Assembly (NCBI GenBank): GCA_050273025.1
Contig: CP158635.1
Span: 4,092,001-4,156,000, forward strand
DNA from: Cenococcum geophilum
Taxonomy: Eukaryota
DNA: 64,000 nt
Reading direction: 5' to 3'
Both the position numbers and the translations under genes were made by a program. The stretch's first letter is position 1. The number at the start of each line of letters is the position of its first letter. The notes under the pieces were generated by a model that saw only the letters and a program-made list of their open reading frames with translations, did no database searches and was not told where the DNA came from. Below, one piece after another: positions 60,100 through 64,000 of the stretch.

Positions 60100-62090
60100 T
60101 AGAACGACCCTAAAGCCCCTATGTTAGCCGCCAATATTATATCCGCACTCTAAGACTAATTAGTAAGTATATAGAAGTCCTTTATAGATACCCTTATATA
60201 GTATTAAGCTACTATAGCTAAATAATAAGCCGAATAAAAAGTACAGGGCTAGTAACTAATAAGGTAGCGTTAAACACTTTAAAAAGATTTCTCTAAGTAT
60301 AAAGATAGAAACCGCCTAGCGTTTTTTGGGGGCAAGCTGGCCATCCAAGTATCCTTACCACCCTAAAAATTAGAAAAATTATACTTTAATATCTTAATAA
60401 CCACTTAATAATAAATTCTAATTATTTAGTTTTAGACTTTTATATACACTCTATCCCTTCTAACGGTTATCGATAAGGATTAACCAATTAAATCGTTAGG
60501 GTCAATAAGCCGTAATAAGATATTTAAAGCTTTTAATATGTATATAAAACGCTATAAGAGCTTAATTTTTGGTAGAGAGTCGTGTAATATATCCCTTGCA
60601 ATATTAGGGTCGTTAAAGTAAGTAGTCCGTATAGGAATACCACTAGTTAGGTAAATATTACTCCTACTAGGGTAGATATCCTAGATCTCTTCTATTATAC
60701 AATTATCTACCCGCTATTATTTACCCTATTTATCTCCTTCTCCTTATATACGTTTCTCTATAGTATAGCTATAATCTAGTATAGCTAGGCTTATCTTATC
60801 TTAGTGGCTTCTAGGTATACCTAGTATATTTTATACTCCAGCTTCTACTATACTCTATATTCTTTACTATAATTTATATATCTAACTCCTTTATCCTTAA
60901 GGCAGTCCTTTATATTTAGATATTAGTATACTCTCCGCATCTTACCTACCTCCTATATATACTTTAGGTATATCCCTACTATTAGTATTTAAAGTATTAT
61001 TAGATTTAGACTCCGTAGTAGTATAGCTAAGCTTTATACTAGAGGCTATTTATAACTACTCCCTTATAGGCTAGGACTATCTATATCTCTTAAGTTAGTA
61101 GACTAATTATTAAAGTACCGCGCGTTTTAACCCTTTAGACCCTAGGTAATTCTCCTATATATATTATACGTTCTTTATTAAGCTATATAACTTTAGTTAA
61201 TATAATTTCTAGAGCTAGCTTTCTAGTGTCCTCTATAATTTCCTAAATAAGCTATATATTTATGGCGCCTTGCCCGCTTTCTATATATAAAGGGGTACCC
61301 TAATTACTTTAACTAGGTAGTCTTAATAGAGGATTTTACACTTAGGGGTATCTCCCTAGGTAATAGTTTAGTCCTTTACCTGCCGGTTAGGGAGTATAAC
61401 CTCTATATCGCCACTTTATAGGACCTTTACTACTACTACTTTTAGTATATATACCTTAATTAATATAAAGATTTATTCTAGTTCTGTTCCCACTACCTCT
61501 AATATTTTAACCCTAATTATAGCTCTAACTAGAGCTATACTAGGTAGGCGTTAGAGAGTTACTAGGTAGGCGCTTACTATAATATTAGCCTATAATAGCT
61601 TTACTGCCTATACTATTAGTATTCCCTTTATAGCGTCCTTTATATGCTTAAGCCTATCCTCTACCGCGTTGTAGTTTCTATTATACTTTGCCTAAAGCTT
61701 TTAGGCAATTTGTCCTGCTTATTATGCCACTTATACTACCCCTACGCGTAGCTGTTCGTCCTCTCCCTTCCTTAAATCTTCCTTAATATCTTTTAGGAGG
61801 TCTACGAGTTTCTACCATTTTTAGTCGATATTCTATAATTGTTATAGTTAGGTTGCCCCCTACTAGGTTTATTATAGTATCGCAATTTCTATACAGCGTC
61901 TACCCTTTAAGTCTACTATAATCCTCCTATATTGCGTAGGCTTTTCGGCTATACTATATATATTAGTTTTAGGGTATAATATGTGGTAGATTTAATTAAA
62001 GATGGTTATTTCTTTATTAGATAATTAGTAGGCGTATTCTACTACTATAGTAGCCGCCTTTACTACTTATTAATTAATTACTATATACTA
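60100..62090 (-). mobile_element. RIP-mutated LINE (Tad1-like) ORF1/gag relic
   Basis: Reverting transitions at ~60900-61000 gives CFKCQQWGHTQSVCRRQVRCGECA (CCHC knuckles); SGDIEV..DY.V.V segment at ~61310-61420; extremely TpA-rich. Confidence 0.65.
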
Positions 62091-62092
62091 TA

Positions 62093-63625
62093 CAGAGGCC
62101 CCTACTAAAAGTCTTTACTTACCGCCTTTAAGCGTATAGGCCTTTAGTACAATATTAAGCTACTAAAATAATATTATATTTAATATATCTATAAAATAAC
62201 TTACTGCCTTAGAGTCTTCCATCATTATAATTAATCTTTTATATCTTCTTTATAGTTATTGTCTCCTTCTAGCCAAATAACCTTACAGATATATATCTTA
62301 ATCCTTTTAATACAAGCCTAAATTCGCTATTACTTAAGCTCTACCTAGGCCTTACGCTATGCCTTCTTAGTAGCTATACGCGAAGTTAGTGCTCTTTTCT
62401 TAGTAGTAACTCGCTTAAGATATATCTAGTAAGGCTCGAATATATTTAAATTAGGTAAGTTACCTAGCTAAAGAAGTTAAATAATCTTAGCGAGGCTATA
62501 AACAACTCCCTACTAATAAGCGTTATATAACGGAGCTTTATCTTCTTATATAATTGTTTAAGGCCTTATTTCTATATACTCCTTTATAAAAGGGAGGAGC
62601 TTTAGCTTTAAAACGAATATTTAATAGCAATACTAATCTACTCCTTTACTTTTGCCTTATATAAGCTTTCCGTAATTAACGTCCCATTTCTATTAAGGCT
62701 TTATACTAGGAAGATTCCTTATACTTATTCTTCTTATACTAGTATTAAGCTCCTACTACTCCTTTATTACCAGCTCAAGCTCCTTATTAAGGCTTTGTTA
62801 ATTCTTATTAGCTGTTTTTCTTTCTTTAATAGTTTTTAGTCGCCAAATATAATAAGGGCCCTTTTTATTATATAAGAAACAGCCTTAAAATATAAACTCT
62901 TAATATCCTTTCTATCTTTTATATATACAACTTTTAAGAAAGTGTTTATTTAGTGTCCACTAAACTTAATATCTACCCCTTCTATGGCCAAGAACAACGG
63001 ACATCTTATTACTCTAAATTATATTCTTCCAATCTTCTAATATCTAATCTTGGTATTATATAGCAAACTTAAGTCTTTCCCTCTTTATTTCTTGTATAAG
63101 TCCTAGCTTTCTTATTAGTTTAGTCTTCTTAAGATTAGCAGATCGTAATATTCTCTATATAGTTATACTCCCTATTCCCTACTCCGCAGCAATTTAGTCG
63201 CAAGTCTTCTCTCTTCTATACCAATCTTAACGTACTACCGCAAGAACCCTCCCGTTTATATTATCTATTCGGATAAAAAAAATAGCCAGATTAGGTACTG
63301 TTAATAACGTAAACGTCGCGAAGGACTCTATTAATAACAGGATTAAAGCCACGTTATTCGGCTTTCTTAAAGATATAGTTAAGAGCTCGGGTTTTAACTC
63401 CAGTGTAGCGCCTAATCTCCTTATTTAACGTGATATATACTTTAAGGGCAAGGGTAGTAGCCCGCTGAGCAGTGTTATATTAAACTATAGTATATTAGGT
63501 AGTAATAGATAATAAAAATAAAAGCTCTTATAATAATACACTTATATAAATAGTAATGCGTTAGCAAATTTAATTCTACTAGTAGAATTAAGGCGGTAAG
63601 TAAAGACTTTTAGTAGGGACCTCCG
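62093..63625 (-). mobile_element. RIP-mutated Tc1/mariner DNA transposon (1533 bp)
   Basis: About 36-bp TIRs C(A/G)GAGG(C/T)CCCTACTAAAAGTCTTTACTTACCGCCTT with TA TSD; decayed transposase RILRSANLKKTK..ERLKFA..LEDWKNII.S. Confidence 0.88.
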
Positions 63626-63627
63626 TA

Positions 63628-64000
63628 GTTTCCTATATCTTAACTATCTCCTTATACTACCTCTTATAGATTAATATATACCCTATTTCCTCCCTAGGGC
63701 CTATTAAAGGCATAGGGGTATTTATTTATAACTAGCTCTATAATACTAAAGGTGAGCGAGATATATATATCCATTATATAAATAGGGTCCTTAGAGCTAT
63801 AGCCTGTACATATAATCAAGAATATTAATATTTTCGCGTTAGGTTAAGAACAGATAACCTCATTAATTAAGTACACTACTATAATGGTTTGCAATTCTAT
63901 TTCCAATAACATAGATCTTATGCAGCCTACTTAATACCCTATTTTTAAAAGTTAGGGCCTAAAAAAGCCACCGCTAGTACCTAAACCACTGCCTCCCTTT
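63628..64000. mobile_element. RIP-like degenerate repeat, continuation
   Basis: AT- and TpA-rich, no ORFs; probably the remainder of the element interrupted by the Tc1 insertion. Confidence 0.5.

Noticed and set aside
1..64000. tRNA, rRNA or 5S genes
   Set aside because: None recognised by eye; tRNAscan-SE or Infernal would be needed to exclude them.

Overview
Genomic DNA from a filamentous ascomycete (Pezizomycotina): spliceosomal GT-AG introns with CTRAC/CTAAY branch points, plus TpA-rich RIP-like zones. Left end (1-4.8 kb): a RIP-like edge and a decayed DUF3435 tyrosine recombinase (Starship 'captain'-type) on the minus strand. First conserved block (4.8-16.7 kb): a phosphoglycerate-mutase-family gene, lysophospholipase, DPH2 and a Cys-rich conserved protein, interspersed with a solo LTR and small inverted-repeat elements. 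Accessory-looking island (about 17-39.7 kb): a RIP-mutated Fot1/pogo transposon carrying two nested solo LTRs, an acyl-CoA thioesterase, a signal-less 2xLysM plus lysozyme-like (SLT/GH23-type) gene, a C2H2-finger/ankyrin gene with near-identical internal repeats, a divergent 20-aa-repeat/C2H2 gene with one nonsense codon, a TPR remnant, a TDT/SLAC1 transporter, a secreted Cys-containing protein and two Zn2Cys6 pseudogenes. Second conserved block (40-59 kb): DBF4/dfp1, ATG12, ECM31/panB, UBC8 (needs 3-nt and 1-nt micro-exons), a YANK/STK32-type kinase, ICP55 and a class III sirtuin. Right end (60-64 kb): heavily RIP-mutated LINE and Tc1/mariner relics. All calls come from manual reading and translation; no database searches were run.
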